Positions 9,279 through 17,923 of a stretch of DNA of 32,000 nucleotides are shown piece by piece. Positions within the stretch are counted from its first letter, which is position 1. Each line of letters starts with the position of its first letter. The DNA comes from Thermodesulfobacteriota bacterium (lineage in GTDB: Bacteria > Desulfobacterota > WTBG01 > JAGOGO01): positions 1,725,622 to 1,757,621 of the forward strand of contig CP113000.1 of NCBI GenBank assembly GCA_026625185.1, written 5' to 3'. The position numbers were made by a program, and so were the translations under genes. The notes under the pieces are model-generated. The model was not told the origin of the DNA. It made no database searches and saw nothing but the letters and a program-made list of their open reading frames with translations.

Positions 9279-10434
9279 CACCCACGAACTTTGTTTTGAG
9301 CAAGGACCAATCCGGCCGCCCAGTGAAGCCAAGAGCCTCCTGGTGCGGATAACCAGGAATTGTCCCTGGAACAAGTGTCTTTTTTGCCGGACCTTTAAGG
9401 GGGAAACTTTTAGCCTCCGCTCGGTAGAGGAGATTAAGCAGGATATAGAAACCATAAAAAAGATTTATGACGAGATCAAAGCTATCTCCTGGAAGCTGGG
9501 GTTAAAAGGTATTGTGGCTGAGGAGGTGGTTCACTACCTTTACCATAACCCGGAGAAATACTCAAGCAGCTTTCTTAGTGTGGCGATGTGGCTTTACTAT
9601 GGTGAAGGTTCGGTCTTCTTGCAGGACGGAAATAACTTGATGGTTAAGACCAGTGAACTGGTTGACATCTTAACTCTTCTCAAAAATACTTTTCCGGAGA
9701 TAACCAGAATAACTTCGTATGCTCGCGCCAAAACGATTGCCACGAGAAAAACTGTCGAGGAATTACAGGCGCTGCGAATCGCGGGTCTTTCCCGGATCCA
9801 TATCGGACTTGAAAGCGGAAGCGATAAAGTGCTTGAGTTTATCCGCAAAGGGGTTACTGCGGCAGAGCATATTGACGCCGGCCGGAAGGTGAAGAAGGCG
9901 GGTATTTCTCTTTCTGAATATGTGATCCCCGGCTTAGGAGGGAAAAAACTCTCGCAGGAGCACGCTCTTGAAACCGCGCGAGTGCTCAATGAAATTAATC
10001 CTGATTTTATCCGGTTAAGGACACTGACGGTTGTTGAGGGAGCAGGACTGGATGAAAAGGTGGCTTCCGGAGAATTTGAACCCATAAGCGATGAAGAAAT
10101 TGTGCGGGAGATACGGCTGATGGTCGAACACCTTGAGGGAATTGACAGCTATTTTGCGAGCGACCATATTCTTAACCTGCTCGAAGAGGTGGAAGGCGAG
10201 CTTCCGGGGGATAAGGCAAAGATGCTGGCAGTGATGGACCGTTTCCTCGCGTTGTCTTTTGAAGAAAAATGCAATTTCCGACTGGGGCGAAGAGCAAGCA
10301 TTTACCACACCCTCGCTGATCTCAAAAACCAAGGGCTTTATCAGCAGGTTGATAAGGCGCTTAAGCAGATCATGGCTCCGGACGGAGATGGGCTTGAGGT
10401 AGTGATTGATGGGCTTACCAAGAGGTTTGTTTAA
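9259..10434 (+). CDS. Radical SAM protein (cluster motif CX4CX2C)
   Basis: 391 aa. The motif is RITRNCPWNKCLFCRTFKG, and TIM-barrel motifs follow (FLQDGNNL, GLSRIHIGLESGSD, PGLGG). The start overlaps the MBL gene by 20 nt. Confidence 0.85.
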   Translation: MSSVGYSTHELCFEQGPIRPPSEAKSLLVRITRNCPWNKCLFCRTFKGETFSLRSVEEIKQDIETIKKIYDEIKAISWKLGLKGIVAEEVVHYLYHNPEKYSSSFLSVAMWLYYGEGSVFLQDGNNLMVKTSELVDILTLLKNTFPEITRITSYARAKTIATRKTVEELQALRIAGLSRIHIGLESGSDKVLEFIRKGVTAAEHIDAGRKVKKAGISLSEYVIPGLGGKKLSQEHALETARVLNEINPDFIRLRTLTVVEGAGLDEKVASGEFEPISDEEIVREIRLMVEHLEGIDSYFASDHILNLLEEVEGELPGDKAKMLAVMDRFLALSFEEKCNFRLGRRASIYHTLADLKNQGLYQQVDKALKQIMAPDGDGLEVVIDGLTKRFV

Positions 10435-12110
10435 TCGTAAATAATCGTTAAGGGGTGTTCTTCAGTTGAGTTAATTTCTTTGATTGCTTCCCGCCTTAAT
10501 TCATTTCGGTCAAGGTTTGTTCCCTCTTTTTCACCCGGAAATTGTTCCACTAATGTTATCCATCGGGGAATGTTATGGCGGGAAATTTCATTGCGAAAAT
10601 ATTCTCGGATAGGTTGCGCGCTGGAGATTATCCCATTATTGGTTTTGACAAAGGCAAAAGCTTCTTCGCCCAAACGCCGGCTGGGAACTCCTACCACCCG
10701 CGCATCAAGTACTCCGGGAAATGAAAGCAGGTATTTTTCTACTTCCAGGGGATAGATATTTTCTCCTCCCCGGATGAGCATGTTGCGTCTCCGGCCGGTT
10801 ATCCGGTAAAAATTATCTTCGTCTTTCGTCCCCAGATCGCCGGTATGGAACCAGCCATCCTGGTCCATTAGTTCTGCGGTTTCTTGGGGCATGTTATAAT
10901 ACCCCTTCATCATCACCGGCGTGCGAACACAAATTTCTCCTTTTGCCCCGGTCGGTAAATCCTCTCCAGTTATCGGGTTGACTATTTTCATCTCCATCCC
11001 ATCTAAAGGCTCGCCCACGGTAGAGAGGATTTTTTCTCTTCTTGTTTCCTTGCATGAGGTTTGGGTTAATAGTCCAATTTCAGTGATCCCATAAGCGATA
11101 GTGAGTTCAGGGATAGACATGGTTTCGATGGTTTGTTGCATCAGATCCGGGGGGCAAAAATCACCGGACATCATGCCGGTTCGCAGGCTTTTAAGGTTGA
11201 AGGTGGGAAGCTCCGCATGGTTAAGAAGATCCGCAAAAATGGTCGGGACTCCATATAAAGCGGTACAGCGCTTTTCTTCTAAAAGTTTCAGAACCGCAAG
11301 AGGTGTGTATTTGGGCACCGTTACTATTGGGGTGTGGGTTGAAAAAGACGCCATCAGGCCCATCCAGAAACCAAAGATATAATGAAAAGGGACCGGCACG
11401 CAGAGGATGTCCGAAGGGCCAAAATCCTGTTTTTTGGCAATCGTCAGACCATTGTTGATCAACCCAAAATGAGTAAGCATGACGCCCCGGGAATAACCAG
11501 TCAGTCCACAAGTAAACTTAATCAGGACAGGATCAAAAGGGGAGATTTTTTCTTTAAGAAACGGCAGATCCGACTTGCGTACTTTGCTTGCTTCCTTTAA
11601 TAAATCCTCAAAGTTGAGGAATCCCGAAGTGGTGCTGTCTCCGATAACAATAACTTTTTTTAACAAAGGAAATTCCCGGGAAGCGACCTCACCTGAGGAA
11701 AAGACTTGCAGATCCGGGATAGCTTTTTTAAGAATTTCTTCATTGTCGCTTCCGTTTATTTTTTTGGCCAGGAATAACACCTTAATATCAGCGGTTTTTA
11801 GGTAATAGGCGAGATCGCGTGATCGGGCATTTGGGTTTATGGGAACCATGACCGCCCCGAGTTTACTAATGCCTAAAAAGAGAAAAACCCATTCAGGGAT
11901 GTTATGGGCCCAGACCCCTATCTTATCTCCTCTTTTAATGCCCACGCTCATCATTCCTTGAGCCAATTGGTCAGAAATATCCTTAAGCGCTCCAAAAGTA
12001 AAATTCCCTTGATCAGGAGTAATCAAGGCTTTCTGAGCAGGTATTTTATCTGCTTGACGATCAAAAAACTCTCCTAATGAAAGATTATTAATCCAATCCT
12101 GGTAGGACAA
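10431..12110 (-). CDS. AMP-dependent acyl-CoA synthetase/ligase (ANL superfamily)
   Basis: 559 aa. Motifs present: TCGLTGYSRGVMLTH (phosphate loop), YGITE, GWFHTGDLG, GRRRNMLIRGGENIYPLEVE. TTG start with an AGGAGA SD 6 nt upstream. Confidence 0.9.
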   Translation of the reverse strand: MSYQDWINNLSLGEFFDRQADKIPAQKALITPDQGNFTFGALKDISDQLAQGMMSVGIKRGDKIGVWAHNIPEWVFLFLGISKLGAVMVPINPNARSRDLAYYLKTADIKVLFLAKKINGSDNEEILKKAIPDLQVFSSGEVASREFPLLKKVIVIGDSTTSGFLNFEDLLKEASKVRKSDLPFLKEKISPFDPVLIKFTCGLTGYSRGVMLTHFGLINNGLTIAKKQDFGPSDILCVPVPFHYIFGFWMGLMASFSTHTPIVTVPKYTPLAVLKLLEEKRCTALYGVPTIFADLLNHAELPTFNLKSLRTGMMSGDFCPPDLMQQTIETMSIPELTIAYGITEIGLLTQTSCKETRREKILSTVGEPLDGMEMKIVNPITGEDLPTGAKGEICVRTPVMMKGYYNMPQETAELMDQDGWFHTGDLGTKDEDNFYRITGRRRNMLIRGGENIYPLEVEKYLLSFPGVLDARVVGVPSRRLGEEAFAFVKTNNGIISSAQPIREYFRNEISRHNIPRWITLVEQFPGEKEGTNLDRNELRREAIKEINSTEEHPLTIIYD

Positions 12111-12154
12111 GGTATTCTCCTGAGTTGATGAGTAATGATTTAAGAAAAAGGTAA

Positions 12155-12763
12155 TTAACTGATAAAGGGGTCCATTGTTTTTATGCTGGCCGCTTTTTCA
12201 TGGGAAAGGCCTTCAGCCATCTTTTTTAGGAGCAGGGAAAGCTGTTTCAACTCTTCCTGGGAAAGGCAGCGCATCAAAGGGACAAACTCTTCTTCATAGG
12301 CAGAAAGAATCTCTCCAAAAAGCTGTTCCCCTTTCGGGGTAAGTCTCACCCATATTTTTCGGCGGTCTTTTTTATCCTGATCCCTGATAACAAACTCATC
12401 CCTTTCCAAATGATCCACAATCGTGGTGATATTTCCTTTGGTAACCAGCAATTCTTTACCCAGCTTTCCTAGTGGCATATCTCCCTGGAGTCCTATGGTC
12501 GTTAGCACGTAAAGTTGGGGCAGGGTCACCCCTTTCTTACCGACTTTTTTTCGGATTTCAGTGGAAATAACGGCATAAACCCTTAAAATTCTTACCCACA
12601 CCCCGATAGAGAGTTCTTTTAGTAAGCCCCTTCTGGAACGGGATAAAGACGATGTAAGGGTTTTTATGCCGGGAGAATCTTGCATTCTACTAAAGAAACT
12701 AAGATTTTTTAAATTTAGATTTTTATCATAATAATTTAGAAAAGTCAATTTATTTCCCGACAA
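12155..12763 (-). CDS. MarR-family transcriptional regulator (start codon ambiguous)
   Basis: The winged-HTH core reads LPQLYVLTTIGLQGDMPLGKLGKELLVTKGNITTIVDHLERDEFVIRDQDKKDRRKIWVRLTPKGEQL. The longest ORF (TTG at 12763) gives 202 aa, long for MarR. An internal ATG at 12685 would give 176 aa. A TTGACT-N17-TAAAAA promoter-like element lies inside the putative extension. Neither start has an SD. Confidence 0.8.
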   Translation of the reverse strand: MSGNKLTFLNYYDKNLNLKNLSFFSRMQDSPGIKTLTSSLSRSRRGLLKELSIGVWVRILRVYAVISTEIRKKVGKKGVTLPQLYVLTTIGLQGDMPLGKLGKELLVTKGNITTIVDHLERDEFVIRDQDKKDRRKIWVRLTPKGEQLFGEILSAYEEEFVPLMRCLSQEELKQLSLLLKKMAEGLSHEKAASIKTMDPFIS

Positions 12764-13050
12764 GATTATTTAAAAAATACTTTAATAAATTTTTTAACCA
12801 TTCGAAATTTAAATATTTATTCCAAAAATTAAAAGCCCCATTCCCTTTTTCTTTTGATTCCTTTTGTCACTTATTGATTTTCCGGGTAGTTTTGTTTGGT
12901 TGACAGTAGGCCCTGAAAAAATGTAATCCTTTTTGAGAAACCTCCTCAACCAAGGTGTTGCATATTTGTTTTGAGATAAATATCTTACGCTAACAATTTG
13001 AAGGAAACGTAAGAATTTTTTTGAGGAAAAATGGTTTTCCGGAGGAGCAG

Positions 13051-13070
13051 AGGAGGGGATTCCCCCTCCT
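13051..13070 (-). terminator. Candidate stem-loop terminator downstream of qmoC
   Basis: Perfect 8-bp G/C-rich stem (AGGAGGGG / CCCCTCCT) with a 4-nt loop, starting 19 nt after the qmoC stop. On the minus strand a T-run (CCATTTTTCC) appears only about 20 nt further on, so it is not a textbook intrinsic terminator. Confidence 0.4.
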
Positions 13071-13089
13071 TTGGATAAATTTAAAGTAG

Positions 13090-14223
13090 TTACTTTTTTC
13101 GATTGGTATATTCAGCGAAGATCATTGCTACTGTTCGATAAATCATGTGGGCAAACTTTGAGTAGGGAAGGTAGGCGAGAAGATAAAACACAAAGACCAA
13201 ATGGAGGACATAAAAAAGGTATGCCAAAAAAGCAGCTTCTGCCATGCGGGCAAACTGGGTAAGGAATCCGGTGATAGCCACGCACAAAATAGTCCAGGTA
13301 AAAACTGAATCAAGATAGGTGCCGGCTCCGGCCTTATCCTTGTTGACAGAACGGTTGTAAAGCACCAGCAGACATCCCACCACAATTGCTATCCCTCCCA
13401 AATTCCCCGCGACCTTGACTACACTAAAAAAAGACCACGGAGGCAAAAATAATTCATTGCCTTTGAAAAACAGTTTTTCTGCCCAAATACCTCCCGCACT
13501 GATAGATGTGGCGATAAGGCATAACACAAAGCCGTAGAATATGCAAAGATGGGCGTAATACCTTATTTGGTTTGCTACACAGTCATTGAATTTTTCGTGC
13601 CGCAAAATTTTGCTCATTACCGGTATCAGGTAAGACTTGGAGGCGCTAAGCAGCGTTGGCGCACCATCTATTCCCTGGATAAGAATGGTCCAGAACCTGT
13701 TTGTTCCCGTAAAAAGACCGATAAATACCAGAAGGGTAAAAACTCCTGCAGCAATATCGATTACTTCATATGGAATAAAGTTCCTGAAAAGGATTGGTCC
13801 AGAAGGTATGGTATTACCCCGCAGCATCAGCAATAAAAGAAGAATGGGAAACCCAAAAAGAAGGGGGAGATACCGAGCCTGACTTAAAATTTTACCCATG
13901 AATCGAGGAAAGGCTAAATTGATAAAACTATAGTTACGGACAGCGGCAAGGACTTCACCCGGTTTTGCGCCTCTCGGACAATGCACTGAGCAGTCATTGC
14001 AGTTGTAACAGAGCCAGATATCCGGGTCTTGCATCAGCTTGTCTTTTAAACCCCATTGCGCCCAAATCATCTCTTTTCGAGGAAAAGGGTTGTCCTCAGG
14101 GGTTAACTTGCAGACGACAGAACAGGTGGCGCACTGAAAACATTTTTTTAGCGAGTCACCTCCCAGGGATTTAACGTCTTTAATAAAATCAAGATCAGGT
14201 TTTACAATAGTCGAATCAGCCAT
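13090..14223 (-). CDS. qmoC: Quinone-interacting membrane-bound oxidoreductase subunit C (QmoC)
   Basis: 377 aa. The N-terminus has two ferredoxin-type Cys motifs (CFQCATCSVVC, CYNCNDCSVHCP). About six TM helices follow (NarI/HdrE-like heme-b domain). AGGAGG SD. The gene lies directly after qmoB. Confidence 0.9.
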   Translation of the reverse strand: MADSTIVKPDLDFIKDVKSLGGDSLKKCFQCATCSVVCKLTPEDNPFPRKEMIWAQWGLKDKLMQDPDIWLCYNCNDCSVHCPRGAKPGEVLAAVRNYSFINLAFPRFMGKILSQARYLPLLFGFPILLLLLMLRGNTIPSGPILFRNFIPYEVIDIAAGVFTLLVFIGLFTGTNRFWTILIQGIDGAPTLLSASKSYLIPVMSKILRHEKFNDCVANQIRYYAHLCIFYGFVLCLIATSISAGGIWAEKLFFKGNELFLPPWSFFSVVKVAGNLGGIAIVVGCLLVLYNRSVNKDKAGAGTYLDSVFTWTILCVAITGFLTQFARMAEAAFLAYLFYVLHLVFVFYLLAYLPYSKFAHMIYRTVAMIFAEYTNRKK

Positions 14224-14235
14224 GATTCATTCCTC

Positions 14236-16449
14236 CTACATTCCTTTATAGGGATTGGGGCCAACTTTATCAATGGTTTCCATGAAACTATCAATGATGT
14301 TGGGAATCTTATTGAAATCAGAGTGAGCAACCAGCTCGAAACGAATTCGGTCGGATTCAAGCTTCAGCCGGTCCAGGGTTTCCTTAACCTTTATCATCCG
14401 ATAGCTGGCCAGTTCACTCCCTTTTACCATATGGCATTGATAATCATCGCCGTGCTTGCAGGCTAAAAGGAGCACGCCGTCAATGCCCTTGGAAAGGGCA
14501 TCGGCAATCCAGACCAGGTTCGTTGAACCCACACAGCGCAAAGGGATGATCCGCGCGTAAGGAGTGTAGGTAAGACGATTCATTCCCGCCATATCGATAG
14601 CGGGATAAGCGTCGTTTTCGCAGGCCAGGATGAGAATTCTGGGCTTTTCTTCATAATCTTCCGGAACTTCGATATTCTTTATCATGGAACCGATCATATC
14701 CACCGAATAATCCTTAAAAGAAATGATTCGTTCCGGGCAGGATCCCATACAGATAGCGCAACGCCGGCACCGGGTAGGATTAGGGAGAGGATTGCATTTT
14801 TCGTCTTCATTGATGGTGCCGAAGGGGCATTCCTCAGTGCACCGTTTGCACTGGGTGCAGCGCTGCATAAAAAAGTCAGGGTAGGTCCGGTCACCGGCCC
14901 GTGGATGGACTGCTTCGCCCCGGGAACTCATCTCCACGCACTGAATCGCTTTAAGGGCGGCGCCGGTAGCGTCTTCCATGGTTGAAGCCAGGTCTATGGG
15001 AGAACGCACCGCTCCGGCCGCGTAAATACCGGTGCGCCGGGTCTCGTAAGGAAAACAGACAAAGTGGGAGTCGGGGAACCCATACTTAAGTGGCGGCAAT
15101 TCCGGTCCCTGTCGGTAATCAAGGTTGAGGATATTTGATCTGATGATGATATCAGTTGGTGGCGGCGGTTGATTTTCCTTTTTATCCTTTTCTTCCTCCA
15201 CCACAATCTTGATTGCCTCTCCGAGAGCCGTGGCTGGCACCATGCCGGTTGCCAGCACCACCAAGTCTGCTTCGATTTTTATATTTTCACCGAGCAGCGT
15301 GTCTTTTACCTCTACTGTTACCGCGGCATCGTTTCCGTTTACCGCTGTGACTTCGCCCTTGGTAAAAAATATACCGTCATCCTGCTGGACGGCTTTGTAA
15401 AAATTTTCATAAAGCCCGGGGGTACGCATGTCTTTATAAATAATATACACCTTGGCCTCCGGGTTCTGCGTACGGATGTACTTGGCTTGTTTAAGCGATT
15501 CCATACAGCAGATAGCAGAGCAATAAGGAAGATGATTATTATCCCGCGATCCGGCGCAAAGAATAAAAATCACGCTTCCGGCTGTCTTCCCGTCCGAAGG
15601 CTTGTTTATTTTTCCCCCGGCGACAAGCTCTTCCAGCTGTTCCCGGGTGACGATATTTTTCGAGGTCCCGTAGCCCAGATGTCCAAGCTTACCGGCATCA
15701 TAAGAAACCGCACCCGCGGCATTTATAATAGACCCGGCTCGCTCAGAAACCGAGTTCCCATTTTGTTTTATCGCCACGTCAAACAATCCCGGCATGCCAC
15801 TGATCTTTTCTATGGTAGCTGAGGTGTAAACCTTGACATTGGACGCCTGGTCAATTTCGCGCATCAGGGCTTCGATCATGCCCGAATCCTCGATTGCTTC
15901 GAAGGGGGATTGGGTAGGGCAAAGTTTGGTTTGCTTTTTAACCCATCCGCCCAGGGTATTTTCCTTTTCCACGAGAATGACATTGTAGCCGGTTCGGGAA
16001 GTTTCCAATGCCGCGGTCATTCCCGCAAGCCCACCGCCAACCACCAGAATGTTTTTCACGATATCTTCAACCTGGTAGGGGGTAACAAAATCCATCTTCT
16101 GTATTCGCACCACTCCCATACGCAGAGTGTCTTCTGCCAGCATCTGAGTGTCTTCATCATTGGGTTTATGACACCACGCCACCTGCTCCCGCAAGTTTAC
16201 GCGGTTTAAAAGCACGTCGGGTCCGAATTGAAAAACTTCGGTTTTTACCCGCTGGGAGCAAGCGGCGATAACTACCGCATTGACCCCTTCGCTGATATCC
16301 TGTTTGATGAGAGCGGGCCCTTCCTTGCCGCATAAGACGTCATGGCTCTTGCAAATCGGAGTTTTAGCGATTTTTCCCAATGCCTCTATATTAATGGATT
16401 CTCCAATCTCGCAGCCTTTACAAATATACACACCGATCTTTTTATCCAT
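14236..16449 (-). CDS. qmoB: Quinone-interacting membrane-bound oxidoreductase subunit B (QmoB; HdrA-like flavoprotein with MvhD-like C-terminal domain)
   Basis: 737 aa. It has the dinucleotide motif VVGGGLAGMTAALE and two 4Fe-4S motifs (CTQCKRCTEECP, CRRCAICMGSCP). The C-terminal MvhD-like region reads ILILACENDAY ... LRCVGSTN ... LLLACKHGDDYQCH. GAGGAGG SD. Confidence 0.92.
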   Translation of the reverse strand: MDKKIGVYICKGCEIGESINIEALGKIAKTPICKSHDVLCGKEGPALIKQDISEGVNAVVIAACSQRVKTEVFQFGPDVLLNRVNLREQVAWCHKPNDEDTQMLAEDTLRMGVVRIQKMDFVTPYQVEDIVKNILVVGGGLAGMTAALETSRTGYNVILVEKENTLGGWVKKQTKLCPTQSPFEAIEDSGMIEALMREIDQASNVKVYTSATIEKISGMPGLFDVAIKQNGNSVSERAGSIINAAGAVSYDAGKLGHLGYGTSKNIVTREQLEELVAGGKINKPSDGKTAGSVIFILCAGSRDNNHLPYCSAICCMESLKQAKYIRTQNPEAKVYIIYKDMRTPGLYENFYKAVQQDDGIFFTKGEVTAVNGNDAAVTVEVKDTLLGENIKIEADLVVLATGMVPATALGEAIKIVVEEEKDKKENQPPPPTDIIIRSNILNLDYRQGPELPPLKYGFPDSHFVCFPYETRRTGIYAAGAVRSPIDLASTMEDATGAALKAIQCVEMSSRGEAVHPRAGDRTYPDFFMQRCTQCKRCTEECPFGTINEDEKCNPLPNPTRCRRCAICMGSCPERIISFKDYSVDMIGSMIKNIEVPEDYEEKPRILILACENDAYPAIDMAGMNRLTYTPYARIIPLRCVGSTNLVWIADALSKGIDGVLLLACKHGDDYQCHMVKGSELASYRMIKVKETLDRLKLESDRIRFELVAHSDFNKIPNIIDSFMETIDKVGPNPYKGM

Positions 16450-16453
16450 CGCG

Positions 16454-17710
16454 TTACCTCCTCACCGTAGATTGAATTGCTTTGAGTGTTGCTGCCGTGG
16501 CGTCCTGAACAGCGGCTGCCACATCCATCGGTTTTCTCACACAACCGGCGCCGTAAATACCTCGCTTGTTTTGATCCCATAAGACGAAGCCGTTTTCTTC
16601 GTAGGAAACATCAGCAGGTATTCTTGTCTGAACAGTTGCAGGCACCATGCCCGTGGCCAGAACAACCATGTCTACGGTCTCTTTCGAGAGCTTGCCTGAA
16701 AGTTGATCCTCCGCGGTCACCGTGAGCGCTCCGGTGGCCGGATCTTCGGTGATCTCTGCGACTTTTCCCTTGATAAAAGAAACCTTTTGATCTTTGGCCA
16801 CCTCAGTATAGAAGTCTTCGAATTTTCCCAACGCACGAATGTCGATATAGAAAATATAAATCTGAGCGTCCGGATACTGCTCATGGACGTAACGGGAATG
16901 TTTTAACGAGGCAAGGCAACACACTGAGGAACAGAAAGGAAGAAAGTTTTCATCCCGTGATCCGGCGCACTGCACAAAGGCAATGCCGGCAATTTCTTTC
17001 CCGTCGGAGGGACGTACGATTTTCCCTTTGGTGGGACCGTTCAATGAGGCCATACGCTCCATCATCACATTGTTAATAACATTTTTATGTTTTCCAAATC
17101 CGTAATATTCCACCTTACCTGCGTCAAAAGGCTGCCACCCGGTAGCCCACACGATTGCTCCCACCTTGAGGTCCACGATCTCAGGTTTCATGTCTAAATC
17201 GACGGCGTTATATTTGCAGGCGTCCTTGCATTTTTGAGCATCAGGGGTGCCGATAATCTGAGGAGAGATTACGTAGCGCAATGGAAAAGCAAAACTAAAA
17301 GGAAGATATGCCCCCTTTATGGTGTCCATGCCATAATTAATTTCGTTGGGGATTTCTGTGGAGCAAGCTTTTGCACAATCGCCGCACGCGGTGCAATTTT
17401 CATTCACATAACGAGGATTAACTTTTACCTTAACCTCATACGCTCCTTCCTGCCCGGATATGCTTTCAACTTCCGCCAACGTAAAATAGTGAATTCGGGG
17501 ATTATCCTTAATCCGACGAAAATTGATTTCCAAACCGCAGCTCGGAGGGCAGAGTTTAGGAAAATACTGATTGTTCTGGGCCACTCTTCCTCCTAAGGTG
17601 GGGTTTTTTTCCACCAGGTAAACATCGCAGCCTATTTCGGCAGCTTCCACGGCTGCGGTTATACCGCTCATCCCACCTCCTACCACTAATATTGTTTTGT
17701 TATCGCTCAT
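16454..17710 (-). CDS. qmoA: Quinone-interacting membrane-bound oxidoreductase subunit A (QmoA; HdrA-like flavoprotein)
   Basis: 418 aa. It has VVGGGMSGITAAVEAAE, CTACGDCAKAC, and an HdrA-like core collinear with the N-terminal half of QmoB. GGGAGG SD. Confidence 0.92.
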   Translation of the reverse strand: MSDNKTILVVGGGMSGITAAVEAAEIGCDVYLVEKNPTLGGRVAQNNQYFPKLCPPSCGLEINFRRIKDNPRIHYFTLAEVESISGQEGAYEVKVKVNPRYVNENCTACGDCAKACSTEIPNEINYGMDTIKGAYLPFSFAFPLRYVISPQIIGTPDAQKCKDACKYNAVDLDMKPEIVDLKVGAIVWATGWQPFDAGKVEYYGFGKHKNVINNVMMERMASLNGPTKGKIVRPSDGKEIAGIAFVQCAGSRDENFLPFCSSVCCLASLKHSRYVHEQYPDAQIYIFYIDIRALGKFEDFYTEVAKDQKVSFIKGKVAEITEDPATGALTVTAEDQLSGKLSKETVDMVVLATGMVPATVQTRIPADVSYEENGFVLWDQNKRGIYGAGCVRKPMDVAAAVQDATAATLKAIQSTVRR

Positions 17711-17923
17711 ACATTTTACCTCCCTATGTCCTTTAAATACCTAATCCGAAATTTTTAATATGCCGCGTGAACAACGCTGCAAGACAATCATCTCTTCTCA
17801 AACCACCACGACCAACCACGGAAAAACGTATAGTGAGGAGACCACAATGGTAAAAAAAAATTGCTGAAAGAATAATCAACAAAAAAATAATAGCAAAAGA
17901 AATTCACCGAAAAAAAGGAAATC

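Noticed and set aside
15169-15822. 217-aa plus-strand ORF, and similar antisense ORFs at 16280-16582, 17234-17596, 9597-10085, 6240-6707, 3709-4134, 29160-29624, 22701-23018 and 25330-26001
   Set aside because: All lie wholly inside strongly motif-supported genes on the opposite strand. They have odd low-complexity composition and lack SDs, so they are shadow ORFs.
17711-17923. 213-nt aprA1-qmoA spacer searched for a small gene or terminator
   Set aside because: I found only 15-16 codon ORFs without SDs and one imperfect 6-bp hairpin (GCAGCG...CGCGGC). Nothing there is supportable.
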